44,978 nt of DNA, from IMG/VR virus record IMGVR_UViG_3300018031_000011, positions 1-44,978 of that record; one strand, written 5' to 3'. The DNA is from a virus. Lineage: Duplodnaviria > Caudoviricetes. The position numbers and the translations under genes are program-made. Below are positions 29,095-36,200 of the stretch, piece by piece (position 1 is the stretch's first letter; each line of letters begins with the position of its first letter). Below the pieces are notes generated by a model, which saw only the letters and a program-made list of their open reading frames with translations, made no database searches and was not told where the DNA came from.

Positions 29095-29454
29095 TCACAC
29101 AATACTAACGCCCGCCCTAATCACTGGTATATGTTTACTGCGAGCAACATTAACCATATCAGCGGTCCCATTGCCACCAGGGAATGCAATAACCACATCA
29201 GGCATTCCCCTCTCCACCATGGCTCTGTTTCTAATGGGACCTGCGGCCTTACCGTGTTTCTTCCAATCTGCCTTGTATGTCGTGAGTTGAACGTTATTCG
29301 CTTGCGCCCAACGACGCGCTTGATAGTCCGCACCTTCCGATCCTCCCTCTATCAGATGCGAGATGCCTACATGTGCATGGAAACAGTCCAAGAACCCACA
29401 TAGGTACATGAAGTTTCCATAGTCCCTACCGCCGCATACAAGGACCCGACCCAT
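29095..29454 (-). CDS. YspA-like SLOG family protein (DUF2493-like)
   Basis: RVLVCGGRDY, LIEGGSEGAD, ADWKKHGKAAGPIRNRAM, VIAFPGGNGTADM. Confidence 0.85.
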   Translation of the reverse strand: MGRVLVCGGRDYGNFMYLCGFLDCFHAHVGISHLIEGGSEGADYQARRWAQANNVQLTTYKADWKKHGKAAGPIRNRAMVERGMPDVVIAFPGGNGTADMVNVARSKHIPVIRAGVSIV

Positions 29455-29622
29455 TACTTCGCTCTCCTATAGCCCGCAGCATAGAATTCATCTATGGCCG
29501 CAACCATGGTCGGCTTCTGGAACACATCTATAACCTTGCCTCTGAAATAGACTATAATCTTATAGGACATATCAGACTGTGTACCTTCCTCGAACTCAAA
29601 CTCCTTTGTTGCCTTGCGCATA

Positions 29623-29958
29623 TCACATCTCCACTAGACGCACAGCAATGGGCCAATCATTATCGAAGCATATCTGCATCCATAGACCAGATGCCCGCAC
29701 AGCATCATCCATGGTCTCGAAACGTTTCTTACTCCTCTTCCACTTAGCACTACGCCAGACCGTTGATCCTTCCGCCGGTATGTACTCGAACGTGTACGTC
29801 ACGGGCTTAATAATATGCTCAATCACTTTCTTGTTAGGAAACGAAGACGCCATGTTACCCTCCCACACTAACTTATCCATGGGCCTATGCCCACATCCAC
29901 AGGGCATCAGTCTCAAACGTGGCAATTGCGGGCCACTCGACACGCAACAGTCGCTCAC
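29623..29958 (-). CDS. Hypothetical protein (start probably at the MASSF Met)
   Basis: GGAGG before the internal Met. Confidence 0.45.
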   Translation of the reverse strand: MSDCCVSSGPQLPRLRLMPCGCGHRPMDKLVWEGNMASSFPNKKVIEHIIKPVTYTFEYIPAEGSTVWRSAKWKRSKKRFETMDDAVRASGLWMQICFDNDWPIAVRLVEM

Positions 29959-30118
29959 TGCCTATGGACATATTTGGTTGCTCGGCATGCGTAGAGAACA
30001 CAAGATGATTGGTGCCACGCAAAGCCCACACCCCTGTATACTTACAGGCCCCGGCCTGATGCCCTGTACGCATCTGTCTACGCACTTCCATCAACTTACC
30101 TGTATGCACCCCATTCAT
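29885..30118 (-). CDS. Hypothetical protein
   Basis: AGGAG RBS; ATGA overlap. Confidence 0.5.
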   Translation of the reverse strand: MNGVHTGKLMEVRRQMRTGHQAGACKYTGVWALRGTNHLVFSTHAEQPNMSIGSERLLRVEWPAIATFETDALWMWA

Positions 30119-30441
30119 GATCCTAGCTCCTCTTTATGTGTGCCTATCCATACAGCATGTTCGGCCAGTTTATCCACATCGATAGAACCATTCAGGTACA
30201 TGATCCTTCCGTTTCTTATCAAGGAGTCGCCATCGTTTATGCAATAACTCAGTATCTTCTCGAACTCCTTGATATTCTCATCAGTCGCCTTATAGCGTAG
30301 CAGCTTCAATATGCACTCGAACACTTGCGCTAAATGACGCCTATCGCCGTGTGACTCACACGCCAAGTCAGCGTAGAACTTCATCTTCTGGAGGAGTTCC
30401 AGGCGCCGATGCTTCCTTATGGTGCTTTCTGATACTGGCAT
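30115..30441 (-). CDS. Hypothetical protein
   Basis: GGAG RBS; contains palindrome 30349. Confidence 0.55.
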   Translation of the reverse strand: MPVSESTIRKHRRLELLQKMKFYADLACESHGDRRHLAQVFECILKLLRYKATDENIKEFEKILSYCINDGDSLIRNGRIMYLNGSIDVDKLAEHAVWIGTHKEELGS

Positions 30442-30601
30442 TGATCTTCTCCATTACCATAAGCGGCACAGAAATCTTAGCCTCTGTGTTGCCACCATAC
30501 ATAGCAGCATAACCATAACGCTTCAACTCCGTGCGCAGACGCCTGTCCTTGAGCTTGCCCATTACTGCAACATACTGCTCCTGAGTAAGCATAATAGGCA
30601 T
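30368..30601 (-). CDS. Hypothetical protein
   Basis: GAGG RBS; TAATG coupling. Confidence 0.5.
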   Translation of the reverse strand: MPIMLTQEQYVAVMGKLKDRRLRTELKRYGYAAMYGGNTEAKISVPLMVMEKINASIRKHHKEASAPGTPPEDEVLR

Positions 30602-30761
30602 TACACCTCACTCCTTATCCGGACTGACGCCCACCGACACTGAAACGCACTGAAGCTGAACACCCAAGCCGTAATGCGCGAACCTTTTGTACGATGCCTC
30701 GTGAGCATTGGCCACAGCATCCACCAACTAGGCCAATACATTTGCCAATGAAATCCCATCA

Positions 30762-30974
30762 TCACACAATCCTCAGATCGCTAGGTTCCTTGTCGATATC
30801 TACCTGCGTCAGCCTCATGAAACTATTGAAGCCTATCTTACATGGCACATACCATGCCTTTCCGAACTCAGGTCTGGTCTTGCCGTTGCGCCGTACCTTC
30901 CACCACTTGCCGTTAGACATGCGACACTCAAGCTTACCTGAGTCGAGTGCAGCCTCTAGCTCTAGCTGTGTCAT
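30762..30974 (-). CDS. Hypothetical protein
   Basis: GGGAG RBS; TAATG coupling; WWKVRRNGKT motif. Confidence 0.6.
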   Translation of the reverse strand: MTQLELEAALDSGKLECRMSNGKWWKVRRNGKTRPEFGKAWYVPCKIGFNSFMRLTQVDIDKEPSDLRIV

Positions 30975-31156
30975 TAGTCATTCTCCCATCTCTTGTACTC
31001 TGTCCGTGCCTCTTCTTCAGTCTTAAAGCTCTTACTCCAATGATTGATATCATCTGGAGTCCACATATCTACGTCATACTTGCCCTCCTTCATCTTTGTT
31101 ATAGTTACTTCGAACCTGTCCTTGCGCTTATGCGACTTGATCACCTCATCGAACAC
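30974..31156 (-). CDS. Hypothetical protein
   Basis: AGGAGG RBS right after palindrome 31168; first gene after the 31235-31263 promoter. Confidence 0.6.
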   Translation of the reverse strand: MFDEVIKSHKRKDRFEVTITKMKEGKYDVDMWTPDDINHWSKSFKTEEEARTEYKRWEND

Positions 31157-31234
31157 ATCAGCCTCCTGTGTGACTCACACAACCAGTCCTGAGATTGCAC
31201 TAGCTGTCCTGAGATTTGGGTGTGTGTAAAGGGA

Positions 31235-31263
31235 ATAATATCACATAAATGTCACTGTGTCAA
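31235..31263 (-). promoter_or_regulatory. Strong sigma70-type promoter TTGACA-17-TATTAT with extended -10 TG
   Basis: TTGACA cagtgacatttatgtga TATTAT on the - strand, intergenic. Confidence 0.8.
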
Positions 31264-31314
31264 TAGGGCAACACCGTGGCTTTTGGGCCACGGTGCTGGT
31301 CTGGTGGCCTATCC

Positions 31315-32220
31315 TTAGACCAGGACGCTATCAAGGTGCTCATAAACACCCTTGATAATCTCCCGCTGCTTGTCGCTCATTTTGTCTTTCATGGTGTTGA
31401 CAACCGAGATGAAAGACTTAGCGATATCGCGCAATGCCTCCGTAGGATTGGCGAGTACCTTTGACCTGCCGCGCGTGCCGCTAGTGCGATTTACGCTTTG
31501 TCCGCGCTTCTCAGCCGCATTAGCCGCCAATGCAGTGAAACTCGGCTTTTCGGTAAGCTTCACTGCCTTGTCACCAGTGCCGACGGTTTGCTTCTCGTTC
31601 AAGTGTACCGACGGCGCACCGAATATCTGCTTAACCGCAGGACCAGACAATTGAAGCGTTCCCGCCTCCTTGTCCATCTTGGCATTGATCTTGTTATCGA
31701 TCAGCGCTTGCGTAGCTTGGCAGCACTTCTTAAGCGCATGAAGGAAATTGCTCCTTACTGTCCCCTTGCGCTTGCCGATATCGGTATTCTTTTCGTCGGC
31801 AGTCGAGAGCACATAAGGCGCAACAGCCTTTGACCACGCAACCCGCTGTTGCTCCTTATCAGTTCCGGGATTAATCGTCTGAACTTCCTTAAATCCAAGC
31901 GCAATCCCTAACTGATCATTCAGATAACCTTGCGCCTTGGCATCCTTGTTGAATGCCACGGTAAGGTCAATTGACTTGTCGTGTTGTGCCGCCTTCAAGA
32001 TACCCGCCGTCAACTGCGACAACAGGTCATAACGCTTGGCATCCACGTCCTTCAACATAGCGTTAGCCATTTCCTCATCCTGCCGCGTCTTCGCAAATCC
32101 CATGATGACCGCAGGACCGACATCGACGGACAGAGCACCCTTCTTGATGACTGGCACGAGTCCCGTGCTTTCCTCAGTCTCAGTCTTAGCAATCTTTGCC
32201 TTCTTAGCCATTTTCAACAC
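31315..32220 (-). CDS. Hypothetical Lys/Ala-rich early protein
   Basis: 301 aa; AAGGAG RBS; probable start at MAKKAK. Confidence 0.75.
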   Translation of the reverse strand: MLKMAKKAKIAKTETEESTGLVPVIKKGALSVDVGPAVIMGFAKTRQDEEMANAMLKDVDAKRYDLLSQLTAGILKAAQHDKSIDLTVAFNKDAKAQGYLNDQLGIALGFKEVQTINPGTDKEQQRVAWSKAVAPYVLSTADEKNTDIGKRKGTVRSNFLHALKKCCQATQALIDNKINAKMDKEAGTLQLSGPAVKQIFGAPSVHLNEKQTVGTGDKAVKLTEKPSFTALAANAAEKRGQSVNRTSGTRGRSKVLANPTEALRDIAKSFISVVNTMKDKMSDKQREIIKGVYEHLDSVLV

Positions 32221-32319
32221 TCCTTAGCGGGCTTCCTCAAACCATACACATGTATGGCCAATTGCCCGTCATTGTGCCCTATGCTTGTCCCATAGGGCAC
32301 AATAACTCGCAATCGTTAA

Positions 32320-32577
32320 CTAGGCTGCACGCGTCTTTGTCGTTCCCTTCTTTCCCCATCCCTTTTCGAGGACACACTTAGCGCGGAACTCTTGCCACTT
32401 GGCCGCGCCTTGTCCCTTCTCGACTGCCTTACGCTCTGCACTGCCTTTCCATTCGGCGCCGCACTGCTTAAGGACGTCACGATATTCCGGCGCGGCTTTG
32501 TCAGCCTGACCGAAAGCAGCACCGATAGACGCCAGCGAAAGAACCGAGGCGAGAACGATATTACGAAAGGACTTCAT
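32320..32577 (-). CDS. Secreted small protein with C..EWK...W..F...C motif (PsiF-like)
   Basis: AGGAG RBS; signal peptide MKSFRNIVLASVLSLASIGAAFG; two Cys. Confidence 0.65.
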   Translation of the reverse strand: MKSFRNIVLASVLSLASIGAAFGQADKAAPEYRDVLKQCGAEWKGSAERKAVEKGQGAAKWQEFRAKCVLEKGWGKKGTTKTRAA

Positions 32578-32667
32578 AGCTTGCACTCCTAGGGTTATGG
32601 GCAAGATCGCCCCTTATGGTGTGTGAGTCACACAGCATGACTAACACACCATAGAGCGCAATCCTTG

Positions 32668-32865
32668 TCAAGCCCCTAATTGTGTAGCCGGATCGATATC
32701 TATAGGCCACACAACCTTGTCAGTTCGCTCAATCACGCGATAGTACAACTTCCTATGCACGAGATATTCGCCGTAAACTCGCTTAGCATCTTCTAGATTG
32801 CTAAATGAGCCACTATCGTACCAGTTGCCATCGACTGATCTATATTGCAAGTACCAGATTTTCAT
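32668..32865 (-). CDS. Hypothetical protein (first early gene)
   Basis: AAGGA RBS; 65 aa. Confidence 0.55.
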   Translation of the reverse strand: MKIWYLQYRSVDGNWYDSGSFSNLEDAKRVYGEYLVHRKLYYRVIERTDKVVWPIDIDPATQLGA

Positions 32866-32986
32866 CTATTATCCTTTCCCGTTCATTCGTTAGGGGATAA
32901 TCGACTAGCCGGTTTTCATCTTGTCTGGCACCTCCGTTCGTTTCAACACGATCACCCTACATCACTGTGTGAGTCACACAACAGCG

Positions 32987-33223
32987 AATCTCGCATAGCT
33001 GATATGCGATTTTGCATAGCCAAGAATCGATCTCTTGTAGCGCACTCGCGATCTACTGAGTTTTTACTAATTCTCTCGATCGATCTACTGTAGCGCACGA
33101 GCGATCTACGCTAGGATCTATCTTTTAATCTTGCGATCTACTGTAGCGCCTAATCGATTTACTGTAGCGGAGATTCTATTCCTATGTGATCTCTTGTAGC
33201 GCCTATGCAATCTATGGTAGAGG
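32987..33223. repeat. Phased non-coding repeat array: ~15-bp GATCT(A/C)(C/T)TGTAGCG unit in four 53-bp periods
   Basis: Main copies at 33029, 33082, 33135, 33188; secondary copies 21 bp later at 33050, 33103, 33156, 33209; degenerate copies at 32987 and 33008. Confidence 0.85.
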
Positions 33224-33931
33224 AGCTTTTAATCCTATTTGACATGCGGTGAATTCTCTTTTGAGCCGCTGTTTTTCTCTTGGTCAACTGTACTCGCCGT
33301 AAAGGCGCGATAGTTGTCCATTGCTATCATCACTCCCAGTCATTTCACTCTGCGCTACATGTGTGACTCACACGCTTGACTTATAGTGATAGCATTTCGT
33401 TGTATTCCTAGGCATTGATAGCAGAGCGATCCGCCGCGTCGGCGCTATTATTACTATCCGTGAATTGGTTTCGCTATAGGTGAATGAGTTTCACACTGTG
33501 TGACGTACGCGCCTTTTGACGGCGAGTGAATATAACCAACCCAATTACAACCCCGGGTAGTGCCCCCTTTGTCCAATATAGGTATGATAGTGGGGTTGAC
33601 TTGCAGGGGGGCCGACGCAGGAGGACAGGCCGCACCACGTTATTGCTATTGGATCGTTATGGGACACGGACAACTGTGTGACTCACACGCATATGATGCA
33701 TGCCATGAGAATTGTGGACATGATTGGGACAGTATACGCGCCTTCGGCGACACGGATACTGGGCCCAAGAGGAAAACAGCGGCTATTGGTGTGCGCGCAG
33801 GGGGTTTTAGAGGAATAATATCAGGAGTTTTGGGTCCTGAGACGATAAAATCGGAAAAGTGGTACCATGATAAGTGTCGGATACCCGACATTCGTCACAA
33901 TTTTGACACAAAATGATCACGAAAATGTCAT

Positions 33932-33960
33932 TTGACTGTGTGAGTCACACGGTGTATAGT
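33932..33960 (+). promoter_or_regulatory. Sigma70-type promoter TTGACT-17-TATAGT with palindrome 33938-33950 in its spacer
   Basis: TTGACT gtgtgagtcacacggtg TATAGT. Confidence 0.75.
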
Positions 33961-33985
33961 GATTGGACTGTGCAGGGACGTAATT

Positions 33986-34030
33986 GCCCCGGTGAACCCA
34001 TCGCAAGGTCGGTTCGCCGGGGCTTTCTGT
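33986..34030 (+). terminator. Intrinsic terminator-like hairpin
   Basis: GCCCCGGTGAACC / GGTTCGCCGGGGC stem (one G-U), GCAA-capped loop, then TTTCTGT. Confidence 0.65.
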
Positions 34031-34031
34031 G

Positions 34032-34223
34032 TCATAAACTCGGCATGACATAGTCTTCGGGAGGGTAAAACCACACGCGGCGATTGATCATGTCGATTGT
34101 AAAGGTTCCGCGGCGGTTTGAATTGACCCGATTGATGTATTCGCGCAGTAATTCATTAGTTTTATACGTTTCTAGGTCGATATAGAGGCGATTTCCACTC
34201 ATTTTAAAGGGGATGTATGACAT
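34032..34223 (-). CDS. Hypothetical protein (63 aa) in the control region
   Basis: ORF track; downstream of a - strand promoter. Confidence 0.5.
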   Translation of the reverse strand: MSYIPFKMSGNRLYIDLETYKTNELLREYINRVNSNRRGTFTIDMINRRVWFYPPEDYVMPSL

Positions 34224-34271
34224 AGGAGCGCTCTTTGTCGGTTTGGGTTATGTTTTCGGTGTGTGGTTAGA

Positions 34272-34300
34272 AGGGTATCACGAAGTGAGACCTATGTCAA
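34272..34300 (-). promoter_or_regulatory. Putative promoter TTGACA-17-TACCCT
   Basis: TTGACA taggtctcacttcgtga TACCCT; divergent from the 34347 promoter. Confidence 0.5.
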
Positions 34301-34346
34301 GTAGTATTTTTCTATATGGTTCATCTGTGTGAGTCACACGGGCGAG

Positions 34347-34375
34347 TTGACACGGTTCGTGTAATGGTGTAGGAT
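34347..34375 (+). promoter_or_regulatory. Putative late-operon promoter TTGACA-17-TAGGAT
   Basis: TTGACA cggttcgtgtaatggtg TAGGAT; palindrome 34327-34339 lies 7 bp upstream of the -35. Confidence 0.7.
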
Positions 34376-34382
34376 TGTGGGA

Positions 34383-34512
34383 TGCCGCAGGTTTCGTTGG
34401 GTTTCCTCGCGGCAGTTGACGATCCTCCCATGAGGCGACCGCTGGTAGCACTCCCGGCGCAACGTCTCTCGTCGACGGCGGGTCGTGTCTTCTTGTCGGG
34501 ACACGGCCCGTC
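34383..34512 (+). ncRNA. Candidate structured RNA / leader with three adjacent hairpins
   Basis: Stems 34383-91/34405-14, 34415-45/34454-76 and 34477-89/34500-12; stem mismatches are G-U pairs on the + strand. Confidence 0.5.
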
Positions 34513-34544
34513 CCCATCGTGTGAGTCACACAGAGGAGATGGTT

Positions 34545-34940
34545 ATGGCTTTTCTCGCATCGTCAGCCGTCATCAAGGGCGGATTCTGGGAAGTGAATGG
34601 TGTTGGTCCGTTGACTCCGATCAGCGGGCGCAGTGCTGCACGTCGTCGTGTTGCGCAGTGGATGAGTAAGAAGGGCACGTACGCGATGCGCGAAGACTTG
34701 CGCACGTTGGATGGTGCCGTTCCAGGCACGACGGCAACGAAGACGTACACGCAGATTCAGAACAATAGTGAGCTTGGCGGTAAGCGTGTCATCGAGACTG
34801 TGAACTTGATCAACCGTGCCACGACTGCCCAGGACGTTACCGATACGAAGGCCGACCTGCTTTCGTTGTCGGCGCGTACGACCAAGGCCGCACAATTGAA
34901 CTTGAACCGCAATCCATTGGGTTCACCAGGCTTGTTCTAG
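34545..34940 (+). CDS. Hypothetical protein, first late gene (possibly virion)
   Basis: GAGGAG RBS after palindrome 34519. Confidence 0.7.
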   Translation: MAFLASSAVIKGGFWEVNGVGPLTPISGRSAARRRVAQWMSKKGTYAMREDLRTLDGAVPGTTATKTYTQIQNNSELGGKRVIETVNLINRATTAQDVTDTKADLLSLSARTTKAAQLNLNRNPLGSPGLF

Positions 34941-35016
34941 GGTCCGACCTCAAGCCTAGAACGAGGGCGGGTGGTAGGGATTCAGCCTCCGGTCATCCGC
35001 CACAACTTGGAGTTGT

Positions 35017-35664
35017 GTGATGCCTGCTGCTAAGAAGATTACGAAGAACGGAACGAAGCCTGCGCCCGTAGCTAAGAAGAGGGAACTGGCTAGACCGGGC
35101 GATCCGTACGTCGCACCGGACAAATCTGTGATTCCGCCGGAGCCATTGAGTCGCACGCCGGCGATAGATGTGAATACGAAGATCGAGCCTAAAGATTTTA
35201 AACCGAGTGCCCGTCGCACGCTGAAGGACCTGCCCGCAGATGTGAGGATGGTCAATGCGTGCTCTTGCATTTTTATGTATACGCTTATGGGCATTGGTGA
35301 TCGACAAATTTCTGAGGCTCTTAAGATTTCAATCACCCAAGTCAATCAGATTAGAGAACATTCGGCGTATGCAGAATGTTTTAACCTCGTCGTCGGTGAA
35401 TTCATCAACGCGAATTCAGATCACATACAGGCACGAATTGCTGCGTATTCGCATGGCGCGCTTAGCCAGACTGCGCAGATCGCGTTTACAGGCGAGAAAG
35501 AGAATAACAAATTGAAAGCTAGTCTTGAACTGTTGAACATGGCGGGGTTCAGCAAGAAGGATATTGCTGGCAAAGGTGATGCGCTCATGAACGAATTGCG
35601 TATCATTGTTGTGAATGATGAAGGTGCTGTCAATGTTAATGTAGGAATGAACGGTGCCGAATAG
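35017..35664 (+). CDS. terS: Putative terminase small subunit (HTH)
   Basis: GIGDRQISEALKISITQVNQIRE HTH, helical oligomerisation segment (KLKASLELLNMAG), upstream of terL. Confidence 0.6.
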   Translation: MMPAAKKITKNGTKPAPVAKKRELARPGDPYVAPDKSVIPPEPLSRTPAIDVNTKIEPKDFKPSARRTLKDLPADVRMVNACSCIFMYTLMGIGDRQISEALKISITQVNQIREHSAYAECFNLVVGEFINANSDHIQARIAAYSHGALSQTAQIAFTGEKENNKLKASLELLNMAGFSKKDIAGKGDALMNELRIIVVNDEGAVNVNVGMNGAE

Positions 35665-35748
35665 AGAGTATTGGACTTGTCTACTGCCGCCTGGGCATGA
35701 AGGTCCGTGCGTTGGTGGCTGGGCGTGTGAATCACACAGGAGAAAATC

Positions 35749-35985
35749 ATGGCGATCGTTAATAATAAGGCTCTTACAATGGCGAACGACGTGCCTTGGT
35801 GTACGTATAATCGCAAGGTGGAGGAAGCGGCGTTTGCCACGATTGAAGCCGTTACGCCTTTATATGTTGGCGAGAGGGTGCTGTGGTCGTCGACAGCGGC
35901 CGGACAGTCCTTGTTATATCAGGCGCTTGACATAACTACTAGCGGTTGGCAGTTGTGTCAATTGGCTAAGATGTCGGGTGCGTGA
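35749..35985 (+). CDS. Hypothetical protein
   Basis: AGGAG RBS after palindrome 35725. Confidence 0.6.
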   Translation: MAIVNNKALTMANDVPWCTYNRKVEEAAFATIEAVTPLYVGERVLWSSTAAGQSLLYQALDITTSGWQLCQLAKMSGA

Positions 35986-36200
35986 TGGAGCTAGGATACA
36001 AGAAATACATCCGTACAAACATGGCGGAGATGACGCCTTGGCATGAGGGGCACTCTATGCGGGGCGTTAGCATTGCGGAGCCGGATCGAAAGAACGGATC
36101 GCCAAAGCCGGGTGATATGATTGCACGCAATCCCAATAACCACGAGGACAAGTGGTTGGTTGCGGCTAAGTATTTTGCGGAGAACTTCAAGGAGCTTTAA
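35982..36200 (+). CDS. Conserved small phage protein
   Basis: SPKPGDMIARNPNNHEDKWLVAAKYF motif; overlaps both neighbours. Confidence 0.6.
   Translation: MMELGYKKYIRTNMAEMTPWHEGHSMRGVSIAEPDRKNGSPKPGDMIARNPNNHEDKWLVAAKYFAENFKEL

Noticed and set aside
33029-33223. 53-bp periodic array as a mini-CRISPR or coding repeat
   Set aside because: The units are degenerate, the intervening sequences are related rather than unique spacers, and the period is not a multiple of 3.
32621-34531. Palindrome cluster as a CRISPR array
   Set aside because: The repeat is only 13 bp, spacing is irregular (190-390 bp), and there is no cas operon. The Cas4-like nuclease sits in an ordinary phage recombination module.
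34278-34544. ORF starts such as MSHT/MTHT/MNHT/MCESH (e.g. 9694, 23690, 28390, 34529, 37751) and the 34485 extension
   Set aside because: These GTG starts and peptides come from the palindrome itself; better RBS-supported starts usually lie downstream.
35654-35935. ORF with CLLPPGHEGPC motif
   Set aside because: It largely overlaps the RBS-supported 35749-35985 gene in another frame. It cannot be excluded but is unsupported.
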